Virus record (IMG/VR): IMGVR_UViG_3300012929_000002
Reading direction: 5' to 3' (one strand)
From: a virus
DNA length: 61,592 nt
Part shown: in pieces, positions 1 to 9,600 of the stretch
How the letters are laid out: each line of letters starts with the position of its first letter
How positions within the stretch are numbered: the first letter of the stretch is position 1
Translations under genes and position numbers: made by a program
The notes under the pieces: generated by a model
The model's database searches: none
Told to the model about the DNA's origin: nothing
What the model saw: only the letters and a program-made list of their open reading frames with translations

Positions 1-123
1 AAGCTCCGTTCTAAGCTCCCCGTCAGAACTCGGCTGAGTCGGAAGCGGTCTCCCTCCGGGATGTTTCCGGGAAGCGGGCGCTATACGGCAGTAGTCCGGA
101 CGGACGGGGCGCACGATCCGAAG
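1..123. repeat. Terminal direct repeat, left copy (identical to 61470..61592)
   Basis: Base-by-base comparison of both window ends: aagctccgttctaag...gcacgatccgaag occurs at 1-123 and 61470-61592. Confidence 0.95.
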
Positions 124-242
124 TATTCACGCGAGGTACTGCGAGCGCATTCGCTAATACCGAAGCAACGGATCTTCGGGCGTTGCGGTTCGCGGGTAGG
201 GGCGCGCACTTCTACCCGCGTTCCGGAGCGCTAGGAGGCGAC

Positions 243-455
243 ATGGGAAACACCAGGAGGGCACGAGCGCGCCGGTACGTGGAGCGAGTATGGCACGCGG
301 ACGGATACTGGTATTCTCCGCGCCTCAGGGTGCACGGGACCTGGAATGGATACAATAACTGGTACTGTCACTGTCCGCCCTGCACAAGGGCGAATACGGA
401 CAAGACGCAGAACCGGAGGGCAGATGAAACGAGAATTACCGCTCCTACGCGGTAG
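243..455 (+). CDS. Small Cys/His-motif protein (HGTxxGY..C.CxxC), possible DNA-binding
   Basis: ATG lies 4 nt after AGGAGG (233-238) and is in frame within track ORF 183..455. Contains HGTWNGYNNWYCHCPPC, a motif I recall from small actinophage proteins. Overlaps the next gene by 32 nt. Confidence 0.45.
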   Translation: MGNTRRARARRYVERVWHADGYWYSPRLRVHGTWNGYNNWYCHCPPCTRANTDKTQNRRADETRITAPTR

Positions 456-1455
456 CGAGCGTGGAGATTTTAAGACGTGTCAGTGGCAGTGGTGGCAAGC
501 CTGGCGGATGGGCTACGCCAACCCGAAGCCCAAGACGGACGCCCTATGGTTTGGGGGTGGTATCCACCTGGCTCTCGCGCACTACTATCAGCCGCAGGGC
601 AAAGGACCGCTACGCGGCTTCAAGCGCGGGCCGGATCCCATGGAGACGTGGCAGAAGTTCTGTAAGTTGGAGCGCCCGCGCTTCTTCCGTAAAGGCGAGC
701 CGGGCGATCTGGAGGAGAAGGAATACATCGCGTACGAAGATCTGGGCAGCGCGATGCTCGAGGGTTACGTGGACTATTGGGAAGGCGATCCCGCCTGGGA
801 GTTCCTGGCGCCCGAGATGCCGTTTAGTGTCCTAGTCCCAGATCATGAAGGTAATCCGCTGTTGAACTTTGTAGGTACGTGGGACGGTGCAGCGAGGGAT
901 CACTCCCGGGATGGTGAGATTATCCTGGTGGAGACCAAGACGACTAAGGCCATCAGCACCAGGCATCTCATCCTAGATCCGCAGTCGGGCGGGTACGATC
1001 TGGTAGCCGACACGATGCTGCATCACACGGGGCTGCTCCCGCCGGGCGAGAGCGTCCGTTACATCGTCTACAACTTCCTGCGCAAGGCAATGCCCGATCA
1101 GCGCCCGACGAACCCAGAAGGGTTCTACATCAATAAAGACGGCACTATCAGCAAGCGGCAACCGCCGGCCTATTACCTGCGCCATCCGGTGGAGCGGTCG
1201 CGCGCTGAGAAGCAGAGCGTTCTGAACGGCTTGATTAACGAGTCGCTCCAGATGCAGCAGATCCGTGACGGCACAGTGCAGCTCACAAAGAATCCAGGAT
1301 TCCTCGGGGAGAATTGCCGCCGCTGTGACTTCGCCGAGATGTGCGAGCTCCATGAGCAGGGTGGAGACTATGAGGAGTTCGCACAAAACTTCCTCGTCCA
1401 GTGCGACCCCTACGCCGACCACCGCCCCGACGCGAAGTCCAGCAAATTTCTTTAG
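424..1455 (+). CDS. Cas4/RecB-like PD-(D/E)XK exonuclease with Fe-S cysteines
   Basis: Start after GGAGGG (415-420). Has a D...LVETKT (D-ExK) core, an N-terminal Cys (FKTCQW) and a C-terminal CRRCDFAEMC (CxxCx5C), which is the Cas4/AddB pattern. Confidence 0.7.
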   Translation: MKRELPLLRGSERGDFKTCQWQWWQAWRMGYANPKPKTDALWFGGGIHLALAHYYQPQGKGPLRGFKRGPDPMETWQKFCKLERPRFFRKGEPGDLEEKEYIAYEDLGSAMLEGYVDYWEGDPAWEFLAPEMPFSVLVPDHEGNPLLNFVGTWDGAARDHSRDGEIILVETKTTKAISTRHLILDPQSGGYDLVADTMLHHTGLLPPGESVRYIVYNFLRKAMPDQRPTNPEGFYINKDGTISKRQPPAYYLRHPVERSRAEKQSVLNGLINESLQMQQIRDGTVQLTKNPGFLGENCRRCDFAEMCELHEQGGDYEEFAQNFLVQCDPYADHRPDAKSSKFL

Positions 1456-1464
1456 GAGGGCAAA

Positions 1465-1695
1465 ATGCCGATTAGCATGAGTTTTGACAACAACGAAAAT
1501 GCCTTGATGGCGGCCGTGTACGAGAAGCTGGGCCGGCAGATAGCCCAGGAGATGCGATACAACGCCCATGTTTATTGCGACACCGGTCCCAATCGGGATA
1601 AGTATCGCGTGAGGCTAGACCTCAATCTCTACATAGACGTGGCGCTCATCAAGAAGATGGAGGAAGACGGCTATGGCGTCAAGAAAGGCACGTAA
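1465..1695 (+). CDS. Hypothetical protein (76 aa)
   Basis: Track ORF with AGGAGGG 6 nt upstream of the ATG. Confidence 0.6.
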   Translation: MPISMSFDNNENALMAAVYEKLGRQIAQEMRYNAHVYCDTGPNRDKYRVRLDLNLYIDVALIKKMEEDGYGVKKGT

Positions 1696-1720
1696 GCCTA
1701 TGCCTACCGCTCGGGGGCGT

Positions 1721-1730
1721 GGTAGGGTAC
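1721..1730 (+). promoter_or_regulatory. GGTAGGGTAC promoter-like motif (TAGGGT -10-like)
   Basis: Intergenic copy of a motif seen at 8 sites, nearly all just upstream of gene starts. Confidence 0.4.
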
Positions 1731-1820
1731 CGCAGCAGGCGCCGGTAACCGCACCTCCGGCCTCTACCGCTCGGACCACGCCCATCTATGACCAGCTTGT
1801 AAGAGAAATAGGAGAACCGA

Positions 1821-2102
1821 GTGGCCAACAGAAAGTTTGAGTTCTACGTGCGATACATCGATCCCGAAGAGGTCGAGCGCACTACCCCCGCCAAGCGCGA
1901 GGAGCGTATCGCCGGCCCGTACCCCGCGACCACCGTTCAGCGCGCACTCACGCAGTTCTACACCGATGTGGCCGACAAGCCTATCGAAGGTGAAGATGGG
2001 CCTATCCGGGCGAGTCGTAATATCCTATGGCTCAAGGCCAAGATCGTAGTGGTGGACGTGATGCGCGCCAAAGGCCAAGCCGGACCGCAGATGGAGGTCT
2101 GA
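1821..2102 (+). CDS. Hypothetical protein (93 aa)
   Basis: Track ORF with a GTG start after AGGAGA. Confidence 0.6.
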   Translation: MANRKFEFYVRYIDPEEVERTTPAKREERIAGPYPATTVQRALTQFYTDVADKPIEGEDGPIRASRNILWLKAKIVVVDVMRAKGQAGPQMEV

Positions 2103-2257
2103 TGCGCAAGGATGAACTGATTGAGGCTCTGCAGGAAGACGAATCCCCGGATGAGTACACAGTGTCCGTGAGCCTCACTTCGGAAGGATGGTCCGGAAAC
2201 GTATCCGGTGTCGCAAACGACGGCGACGGCCCTATCATTCAGGTGGTGAGGGACTGA
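2102..2257 (+). CDS. Hypothetical acidic protein (51 aa)
   Basis: ATG overlaps the upstream stop (TGATG). In frame within track ORF 2027..2257. Confidence 0.5.
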   Translation: MRKDELIEALQEDESPDEYTVSVSLTSEGWSGNVSGVANDGDGPIIQVVRD

Positions 2258-2430
2258 TGAAGGTTCACCAGCTCGTTGACTGGCTCGAGAAGAACGCGGA
2301 TCCGGAGGGAACCGTATTCGTGGAGGCCAGTGGAGATGGCGCTCTGCACGGCGGTCCTGCTCGACAAGTTATCGAGAGAACTAAACTACACGGATATCCC
2401 GAATACATCGTGACTACAGAGGCCGACTGA
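2257..2430 (+). CDS. Hypothetical protein (57 aa)
   Basis: ATG overlaps the upstream TGA. In frame within track ORF 2188..2430. Confidence 0.5.
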   Translation: MKVHQLVDWLEKNADPEGTVFVEASGDGALHGGPARQVIERTKLHGYPEYIVTTEAD

Positions 2431-3236
2431 TGCCGCCGATTATCTCTATGTCCGCGTATGAGGAGGTCAAGAACGTTCTCGTTTTCGGAGATAGCGGCAT
2501 CGGCAAGACGGTTCTGGCCGCTAGCGCGCCTAAGACTCTCGTTCTCGGTGTAGAGCAGGGGCTCGTTTCCGCCAAGCGGCAGGGCAGTACAGCGGATATG
2601 TGGCTCATCGAGAGCTGGGGCGGATTGCCTACGGATAAGGACGCGGAGAACAATCTGCGCGCGGCTTATCGCTGGCTCAGCAAGGGAGGATACCGAAGGT
2701 ACGATTGGATTGATGTCGACGGCATCACCGAGATGCAGGAGATGGCCAAGATGCAGCTCCTGGCGGACGGGATTGAGATGGACCCGAATGCGAGCGAGTA
2801 CGTGCTGGAATGGCAGAGTAACCTGGCGCTTCAGCAGATGACCAAGATCATGGTTAAGAACTTCTGTAAGATGCCAGTCAATACTGTCTTCACGGCTCTT
2901 CCGATGGACATGGATGACGCCGAGGGCGAGAACAAGGTCATGCCGTTCATCGACGGCAAAAAGGGTGCCATCTCACAGTATGTCTGCGGCCAGATGGGCG
3001 CTGTCGGCTACATGAAGCAGATAGCCGTACGGCAGGGCAAGGAGAAAGTTCACAAACGGCGGGTGTACTGGGAATATCGCAAGCCGTACTTCGGCAAGAA
3101 CAGGTTCGGTCTACCGGCTTACACGGACGATCTGTCCCTGCCCGCGCTGGTGGCCTTGATGAAGGACAAGAAGCCGGCTGTAACTCGTACCCGAACCACC
3201 CCCGCGCGCCGTACCGCACGGGTAACAGGAAGGTAG
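2430..3236 (+). CDS. RecA-like AAA ATPase (Sak4/AAA_24-type recombination ATPase)
   Basis: Walker A VFGDSGIGKT and Walker B-like YDWIDVDGITE. Sits between the nuclease and the SSB-position gene. Confidence 0.6.
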   Translation: MPPIISMSAYEEVKNVLVFGDSGIGKTVLAASAPKTLVLGVEQGLVSAKRQGSTADMWLIESWGGLPTDKDAENNLRAAYRWLSKGGYRRYDWIDVDGITEMQEMAKMQLLADGIEMDPNASEYVLEWQSNLALQQMTKIMVKNFCKMPVNTVFTALPMDMDDAEGENKVMPFIDGKKGAISQYVCGQMGAVGYMKQIAVRQGKEKVHKRRVYWEYRKPYFGKNRFGLPAYTDDLSLPALVALMKDKKPAVTRTRTTPARRTARVTGR

Positions 3237-3240
3237 ACAA

Positions 3241-4347
3241 GTGGCTCGTATTAAGTTCAAGGGTAATCGGGCGGCCGCCTCGAAGGCGGCTAAGGCCGAA
3301 GGTGAAAGTTACAAGGTCTATGACGGACCGCAGCCGCCCCGGGCGCCGTACCGGATGAGGCTTATCCGCATGAACACCAAGTACAACACCAACGGCGATC
3401 CGTGGTTCAGCGTATTCGCGGCTATTGACGAACCCGTGAAGAAGAACGGCAAGACGAACGTCAAGGCACAGTACAACGGTGCGACGGCACGCGGTAGTAG
3501 CAATCAGTCCGCGGACTACCCGGAGATGTTCAACGCTTTCCTATCCAGTATGGGATGCTCTAAGACGGATATCTTGGCCGTCTGGAACACGGGCGTCGAG
3601 ACTGTGGACAATCCGAAGGGCGACGATTTTGTCAAGACGCTCGGCAAGGTGAAGATCGCGGGCGCCGCACTGCACTTCTACGGTCTTGTCGACATGGAAG
3701 CCGGCGGTATCAACAAGGCGACCAAGAAGAAGTATCCCGACCGCCTGGGCGTAGTGCGCTTCCTCACGCCCAATGACATCATGGGCGCCTCCGACTCGCC
3801 CGACGATGAGGACGAGGACGAGGAGTCGGAAGACGACGAGCTTGACTCGGACGAAGTGGATGAGGATGAAGACGCCGAGGACTCCGACGAAGAGGAAGAG
3901 GGCGATATCGACGAAGAGGCGTACGAGGAGCGTCAGTCTGAGCTGGAGGGCATGACCCGTGCCGCACTCAAGGCGCTGCTCAAGCCGTTGGGCAGCGAGA
4001 TGCGGGTGACCACCAAGGTCAAGGACGAAGAGATCGTAGAAGAGATCCTGGGCCTGGAGTTCCCGGAAGATGAAGAGGTTGACTCGGACGAAGAAGAGGA
4101 AGAGCCGGAGGAAGACGATCTGGCCGAGTTGGATCGTACCGGTCTGAAGGCTATCATCAAGGCTGAGGAGCTGGACGTTCGAGTCGTCAAGTCTATGACG
4201 GACGAACAGATCCGCGAGGCCATCACTATGGCACGCGGTGAGGCGGCCGAAGAGGTGGAGGAAGAGCCGGACGAGGTGGAACCCCCGAAGGACAAGCCGA
4301 TCGTGAAGCGCCGGAGCAAGAGCACGGCGGGCGAGCCCCCTTTCTAA
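3241..4347 (+). CDS. Acidic protein with two HeH (SAP/Rho_N-like) repeats, possible ssDNA-binding or DNA-mimic role
   Basis: GTG start after AGGAAGG. Long D/E runs at nt 3793-3930, ~4060-4130 and ~4243-4290. Repeats are TRAALKALLKPLGSEMRV...EEIVEEIL and RTGLKAIIKAEELDVRV...EQIREAI. Confidence 0.6.
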   Translation: MARIKFKGNRAAASKAAKAEGESYKVYDGPQPPRAPYRMRLIRMNTKYNTNGDPWFSVFAAIDEPVKKNGKTNVKAQYNGATARGSSNQSADYPEMFNAFLSSMGCSKTDILAVWNTGVETVDNPKGDDFVKTLGKVKIAGAALHFYGLVDMEAGGINKATKKKYPDRLGVVRFLTPNDIMGASDSPDDEDEDEESEDDELDSDEVDEDEDAEDSDEEEEGDIDEEAYEERQSELEGMTRAALKALLKPLGSEMRVTTKVKDEEIVEEILGLEFPEDEEVDSDEEEEEPEEDDLAELDRTGLKAIIKAEELDVRVVKSMTDEQIREAITMARGEAAEEVEEEPDEVEPPKDKPIVKRRSKSTAGEPPF

Positions 4348-4481
4348 TTACGGGCGGATATCATAGCCCGATGGGATATATTCCGCGGAGAAGAATATAC
4401 CGGTGAGCTCCTAGCGGCTCGGGTGTCGCTGGGCGGGCGTACGGCCGGGACTGCCACGGGGCTTCCGGCCGTACTGCCACT

Positions 4482-4490
4482 GGTAGGGTG
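4482..4490 (+). promoter_or_regulatory. GGTAGGGTG promoter-like motif followed by TATGGTATAA
   Basis: Variant of the TAGGGT motif, 30 nt upstream of the 4519 start. Confidence 0.35.
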
Positions 4491-4518
4491 TATGGTATAA
4501 CAGCACCCAGAAAGGCCG

Positions 4519-5082
4519 ATGATGATCACATGGCTTCCTCAATTCGCATTTGGCGCTAGCGCCAAGCGGCTAGACGACGAACGCCTCATGAAGCAGATCG
4601 AGATGTGCCGCAAGATGATTCCTCTTCTGGAGGCAGAGAACGATAGCCTGGAAGAGATCAGGATGTGGACAGGATATGAACAGAGATTTTGTCTATACGC
4701 CCTGATGATTGTGGGAGAGGCGATCACTAAACGGCATATTCACCCAGTGGACAGCCGTGACTTCCATAGGCTCTGGCGGGATCTCAAGGATGCCGGCGTA
4801 GGCGCGGCGCGGCCGCCGTGGGAGAAAGATGTAAACATTATTCGTAGTCACCGCAGTCGCCTAATCGCAATGGATCCCGAACGCTACAAGCCGTTATTTC
4901 CGCGCACTCCGGAAAAGATGCCGGTCCTATGGCCCCAGACATTGCGAACGGACCCAAGCGTTTATCGTCTTCGCATTAAGACGGAAGACATTATAAAGCT
5001 CGCCGACGATAGGCGGAGACTACCGCCTTGGCTTTACTACAATCCGGATCAAAACGAAGTGATTGTTAGGAGCAACAATTGA
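4519..5082 (+). CDS. Hypothetical protein, possibly pyrimidine-dimer DNA glycosylase-like
   Basis: N-terminus TWLPQFAFGASAKRLDDERLMKQ...MWTGYEQRFCLYALMIVGEAITKR resembles my memory of that family's N-terminal pattern. Not verified. Confidence 0.3.
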   Translation: MMITWLPQFAFGASAKRLDDERLMKQIEMCRKMIPLLEAENDSLEEIRMWTGYEQRFCLYALMIVGEAITKRHIHPVDSRDFHRLWRDLKDAGVGAARPPWEKDVNIIRSHRSRLIAMDPERYKPLFPRTPEKMPVLWPQTLRTDPSVYRLRIKTEDIIKLADDRRRLPPWLYYNPDQNEVIVRSNN

Positions 5083-5110
5083 AGCCTCGAAACCTCTGTG
5101 AGGTTCCTCG

Positions 5111-5941
5111 ATGAACGTTGTAGTGTTAGGATGCGGCCCGAGCGGCTTGATGGCTGCGCACGCGGCCGTGAGTGCCGGGTGTCGGGTGGTGATATATTCC
5201 CGTAAGCAGAAATCTCCGATTTTGGGAGCTCAGTTCTTACACGCGGATATTCCCGATTCAAATTCTCCTCCGCCGGAGTTTGTAACGTGGAAGCATCGAA
5301 TAGGAGAAAGCGGTCGGTATCAGCCAGAAGATTACCTCCGCAAGGTATACGGTTCCGCCTGGGACGGAGTTATATCTAATGAGATGTATAACGTCGGTCA
5401 GCAGGCGTGGGATCTAAGGGAAGTATATCGGCATCTATACACTAGATTTGAGGCCGATATAGTCGACTGGTACTACTCTGCGAACGCGCTCAACGTGCTG
5501 GGACGGAAGCTTGCCGGCCGGGGGCGCAACTTTCTAGTCATCAACACTTTGCCGCGCCGAGTGGTGTGTCAGAAGCCGCAGGAGCACGAATTTATCTCAA
5601 CCAAGATTTGGGCTATGGGGGATGATCCCGCCAACGGTCTTGTCTGCCCGATCGTAGTGCCGAACTTCACCATTGAATACAACGGCAATCCTGAACCTTC
5701 TTGGTATCGGGTGAGTAAGATATTCGGCCATACCACCATGGAGTGGCCCGGCTACCTGCCCAAGCCGCCCGTGGCGGGCGTGGTGGCGGTTAACAAGCCC
5801 GTAGCCACTACCTGCACCTGCTGGCCTGGCGTAGTGCACGTGGGGCGGTACGGGCTATGGCGCAAGGGTGTGTTGTTACACCATGTTTACGACGACACTC
5901 TATTGGCCGTCAACGCGGCTCGACAGGAGGCTCTGTTCTGA
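5111..5941 (+). CDS. FAD/NAD(P)-binding Rossmann-fold protein (putative oxidoreductase)
   Basis: N-terminal dinucleotide-binding motif VVVLGCGPSGLMAAHAA (GxGxxG). Confidence 0.5.
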   Translation: MNVVVLGCGPSGLMAAHAAVSAGCRVVIYSRKQKSPILGAQFLHADIPDSNSPPPEFVTWKHRIGESGRYQPEDYLRKVYGSAWDGVISNEMYNVGQQAWDLREVYRHLYTRFEADIVDWYYSANALNVLGRKLAGRGRNFLVINTLPRRVVCQKPQEHEFISTKIWAMGDDPANGLVCPIVVPNFTIEYNGNPEPSWYRVSKIFGHTTMEWPGYLPKPPVAGVVAVNKPVATTCTCWPGVVHVGRYGLWRKGVLLHHVYDDTLLAVNAARQEALF

Positions 5942-6672
5942 TGCCATATCTCACCGATCGAGGAGATTACGTTTTTGTCCCTCCGGTAGAGCCGGAGACT
6001 AGATCATCCCAGGCAATCTTGGGCGATTCCGCATCGGACGAGCCCGGCCTCCTGGACGAGGCGCTGGAAGAGTTCTTGTCCAAGAACGCGGATTACAAGG
6101 ATGCTAGCGATGCGCTCGGTATCGTCGGGCAGGTGGCGGACCTATGGCGCAAAATCGTCAAGCTCAAGACAGCCGTCATCGACGGCGGCCACCTTAACGG
6201 TGAGACTCCTCATCAGCTTATCCGCGACATCTTCGGGCACAGCCTCTTGGCTCTGTACTATGACGACATCTTGCGCACAAAGGTTAAGGAAACAATTCCG
6301 GTTCCTGACCTTAAGATAGACGGTGTGCAGGCAGTCGTTAATGCTGAATCTCCTCCGACTAGAATCACCCCCGTTATGCTCAATAGGTTCCAGGCCACAG
6401 AGGCAATTCAGAAGTCAATTAAGACCGCCCGGAGGTTGGGGCTCGGTCTTGAGGATGTCGGCAAGATCTTCAATGAGGTCTGGGGACAGCAAGAGGATGT
6501 CGGTGCTAAGAGTCGCTCGCAAGCGATAGCGTTGCAACGTATCCAGAATAACGCGGAGGGCTTTGTCGACGAGGGTGGTACATGGGATCAGATCCGGGCT
6601 ACGGTGGAAGAGGCTCGCGTTCAGAGGTCCATGGCAAATCCATTCTCGGAATCTGATAAGCCTGCCTTCTGA
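5941..6672 (+). CDS. Hypothetical protein, possibly DUF1599 (nucleotide modification associated domain 1)-like
   Basis: ATG overlaps the upstream TGA. FLSKNADYKDASDALGIVGQVADLWRKIVKLK resembles the KNxDYG...DKxxRL pattern I recall for DUF1599. Confidence 0.3.
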   Translation: MPYLTDRGDYVFVPPVEPETRSSQAILGDSASDEPGLLDEALEEFLSKNADYKDASDALGIVGQVADLWRKIVKLKTAVIDGGHLNGETPHQLIRDIFGHSLLALYYDDILRTKVKETIPVPDLKIDGVQAVVNAESPPTRITPVMLNRFQATEAIQKSIKTARRLGLGLEDVGKIFNEVWGQQEDVGAKSRSQAIALQRIQNNAEGFVDEGGTWDQIRATVEEARVQRSMANPFSESDKPAF

Positions 6673-9600
6673 TGGCGTATACCTTCTTCTCGCCGCATAG
6701 TCACACCACCTTCTCGTACGGCGATGGATTCGGTACGCCGGAAGATCACGCCATGCGGCTGGTGGAGCTGGGCGCGCCGGGGGCAGTGTTAACCGAACAT
6801 GGCAACGTCAGCTCTCATGCCCAGTGGGAGAAGGCGTGCAACAAGCACGGGCTACACGCGGCCTTCGGGTGCGAGCTCTACACTGCTCCGCCCGGTGAGT
6901 TGAGCAAATGGCATCTTACCGCTATCGCCGAGACGGACGAGGGCTATCGGAATCTATGCCGGCTGGTTTCTCGGAGCTGGGCGGAAGGTTTCTACCGGTG
7001 GCCGACGACGCATAGCAACATGCTCTTGGATCATTCAGAAGGGATGATGATAACTAGTGGGTGTAGCGACAGTCTGCTCGCATGTACTCTACTTGGAGGT
7101 AAGTCGCTTGGCGAGAAGCGTGAGGCGGCGAGTTCCGAAGATATCGTACGAGCCGAGGGCGTTGTTCGGTGGTTCAGTAGTGTCTACGGTGACGGTTACT
7201 ACCTGGAGGTCCAGCGGTTCCCTGAGCTGGCGCGAACGCGGACTCTCAACAGAATATACGCTGAGCTTTCGCGGAGAACGGGTGTCCCACTTGTCGCAAC
7301 TGCGGACGTCCACTATCCGAAGCCAAACCAGAATGAAATGCAGAAAATCCTCCACGCCGCTCTCCGAGGCGGAGGCAAGACCGTTGAAGGAATCGAGCAG
7401 GAGTGGGAATACGACATTCGGCTTTCGTATCCTCTCTCGGATCGGCAAGTCGTGGGACAACTCGTTGCCACCGGCCTTACGCGGCGGCAAGCTCTCGGAG
7501 CCGTAGCCGCCAGCGCTGAGATAGGTCAGCGTGCGAAGGTTGTGCTCCCGAAGAACGAGCGCATCGTCTACCCGACCGAGCCGGGCCAGACAGTAGAAGA
7601 GATGATGTGGGAGTGGCTGCGCGACGGCTGGCGGTACCGCTGGAAGCAGAACGCGCACCTTCGAGCCGATCCGCAAGCCTATCATAATCAGCTCAAGTAC
7701 GAGTCGGGCATCGTGATTGATAAGAAGTATGTGTCATATTTCTTGATGATCTCGGAGGCTGTCCGGTGGGCCAAGGACCATGGTATTGCGGTCGGGCCAG
7801 CGCGCGGTAGCGCGGCGGCTAGTCTAATCTGCTATCTGCTACGCATCACCGAGGTGGACCCGCTCCAATTCCCGCACATGATGTTTGAAAGGTTCCTAGA
7901 TGTCAGCAGAGACGACTTCCCGGATATCGATCTGGACTTCGCGGATGACCGACGCGATGAACTCCGCCAGCACCTGGTTGAAGTTTGGGGCGCAGATCGC
8001 GTCGGCAATATCGGAAACTTTGTCCGATATCGCGGCAAAAACTCCATCGACGACGTCGCCCGGGTATACCGGGTCCCAAAGTGGGCCGCCGAAAAAGTCA
8101 AGTCCCTCATCCTCGACCGCTCCGGCGGTGACGCCCGGCAGAGTGACAGCCTCGCGGACACGTTCGACTTCTTCCCGACAGCCAAGGCCATCGTCGAGCA
8201 GTTCCCGGCGCTCCGGCACGCCATAGATTTGGAGGGCGGCTACCGGGGCATGTCGGTACACGCGGCCGGCCTGGTGGTCAGCAGTACCCCCATTAGCGAT
8301 ACGTGTGCCCTCTACACTCGCGAGATGCACGGCAAACCGGTAACTGTGCTGGCCTACGACAAGAAGTCCGCCGAGCAGGTCGGCATGTTGAAGGTGGATC
8401 TGCTAGGGCTCAGTACTATGTCGATGATCGCACGGGCACTAGAGATTATCGGAATGAGCTTGGAGGAACTGTATACCATCCCGCTGGATGATCCAAAGAC
8501 TCTGGCATCCTTTAAGAATACGGATGTGGTCGGGATTTTTCAGTTTGAAGGTCGCGCTCAGCGCGTCATCACTAAGGATGTCAGCCCGGATAACTTCCTG
8601 CATCTTGCGGACATAAACGCTCTGAGTCGGCCGGGGCCGCTCTTCAGCGGAGTAGCGGCGGAGTACGTTGCACGCAAGCACGGTCGCCATGAGATCGAGA
8701 GCCTGCATCCAATCGTTGACAGGGTGACGGACTTCACATACGGTACCATCGTTTATCAGGAGCAGGTTCTCACAATCATCAAAGAAATCGGAGGCTTTCC
8801 GGTCGCCAAGGTCGGGGACATCCGCCGCATTATCTCTCAGAAGTTGGGGGAGGCAAGTATGAACAATATGCGGCAGGAGTTCCAGAGCGGAGCGCGGCGC
8901 CTTCACGGCATAAAAGAAAATCTTTCGGGCCGCATCTGGCGGCAGATGGTGACAAGTGCCAACTACAGCTTCAACATAGCGCATTGCATCTCCTATAGTA
9001 TGCTCGGGTTTTGGTGCATGTGGCTCAAGGTACACCACCCACTAGCCTTCTATGCCGCTCAACTCGCCAAGGTAAACGACGATAAGCGTCCGCGCCTCAT
9101 GAAAGACGCTATGGATCATCACATTTCCATTCTTCCGCCGCACCCCGCTCGGAGCGGTCTGACGTGGACGCCGGTAAGATCGAAGAGCGCCGTTAGAGCC
9201 GGCTTGACGCAGATGCCGGGCATCGCCGTCAAGAAAGGCGAGGCGATGCTGCTAGAGCGCAAGGCTATCCTAGATAACGCGAAGAAGACGTTGGCTCCAG
9301 GACATCATGTATCGGATATAGCGCCCTGGAAGTGGGACGATTATCTTGCGGTCCGCGGTATCGGCAAGAAGACGATCGAAAAGATGAAGGCGTTTGCGGC
9401 CGATCCAGACCCGTTCGGACTGTTGCGGGTGCGCACCACCCTGGAGAACTACCGGGCCGGCATACGGGGCCGGCGCGCAGGCTACCGGGGGCTACCTACG
9501 CCCACCCACACCAGCGGCAGTATGCCCGACGGTGCGATAGAAGAAGTTGTGTGGATGGGATTCTGCCTTAGTAAGAACTATCAGAACGCGGTGGAGAAGG

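Noticed and set aside
183-455. Using the full 90-aa track ORF from 183
   Set aside because: The first 20 codons cover a strong hairpin (191-220) and there is no RBS. The ATG at 243 has AGGAGG 4 nt upstream, so the shorter form was annotated.
1700-1840. 46-aa ORF (MPTARGRGRVPQQAP…TPIYDQLVREIGEP…) in the 1696-1820 gap
   Set aside because: It has a weak RBS and overlaps both the promoter-like motif and the start of 1821..2102. The PIYDQLV resemblance to actinobacterial motifs is too slight to support a call.
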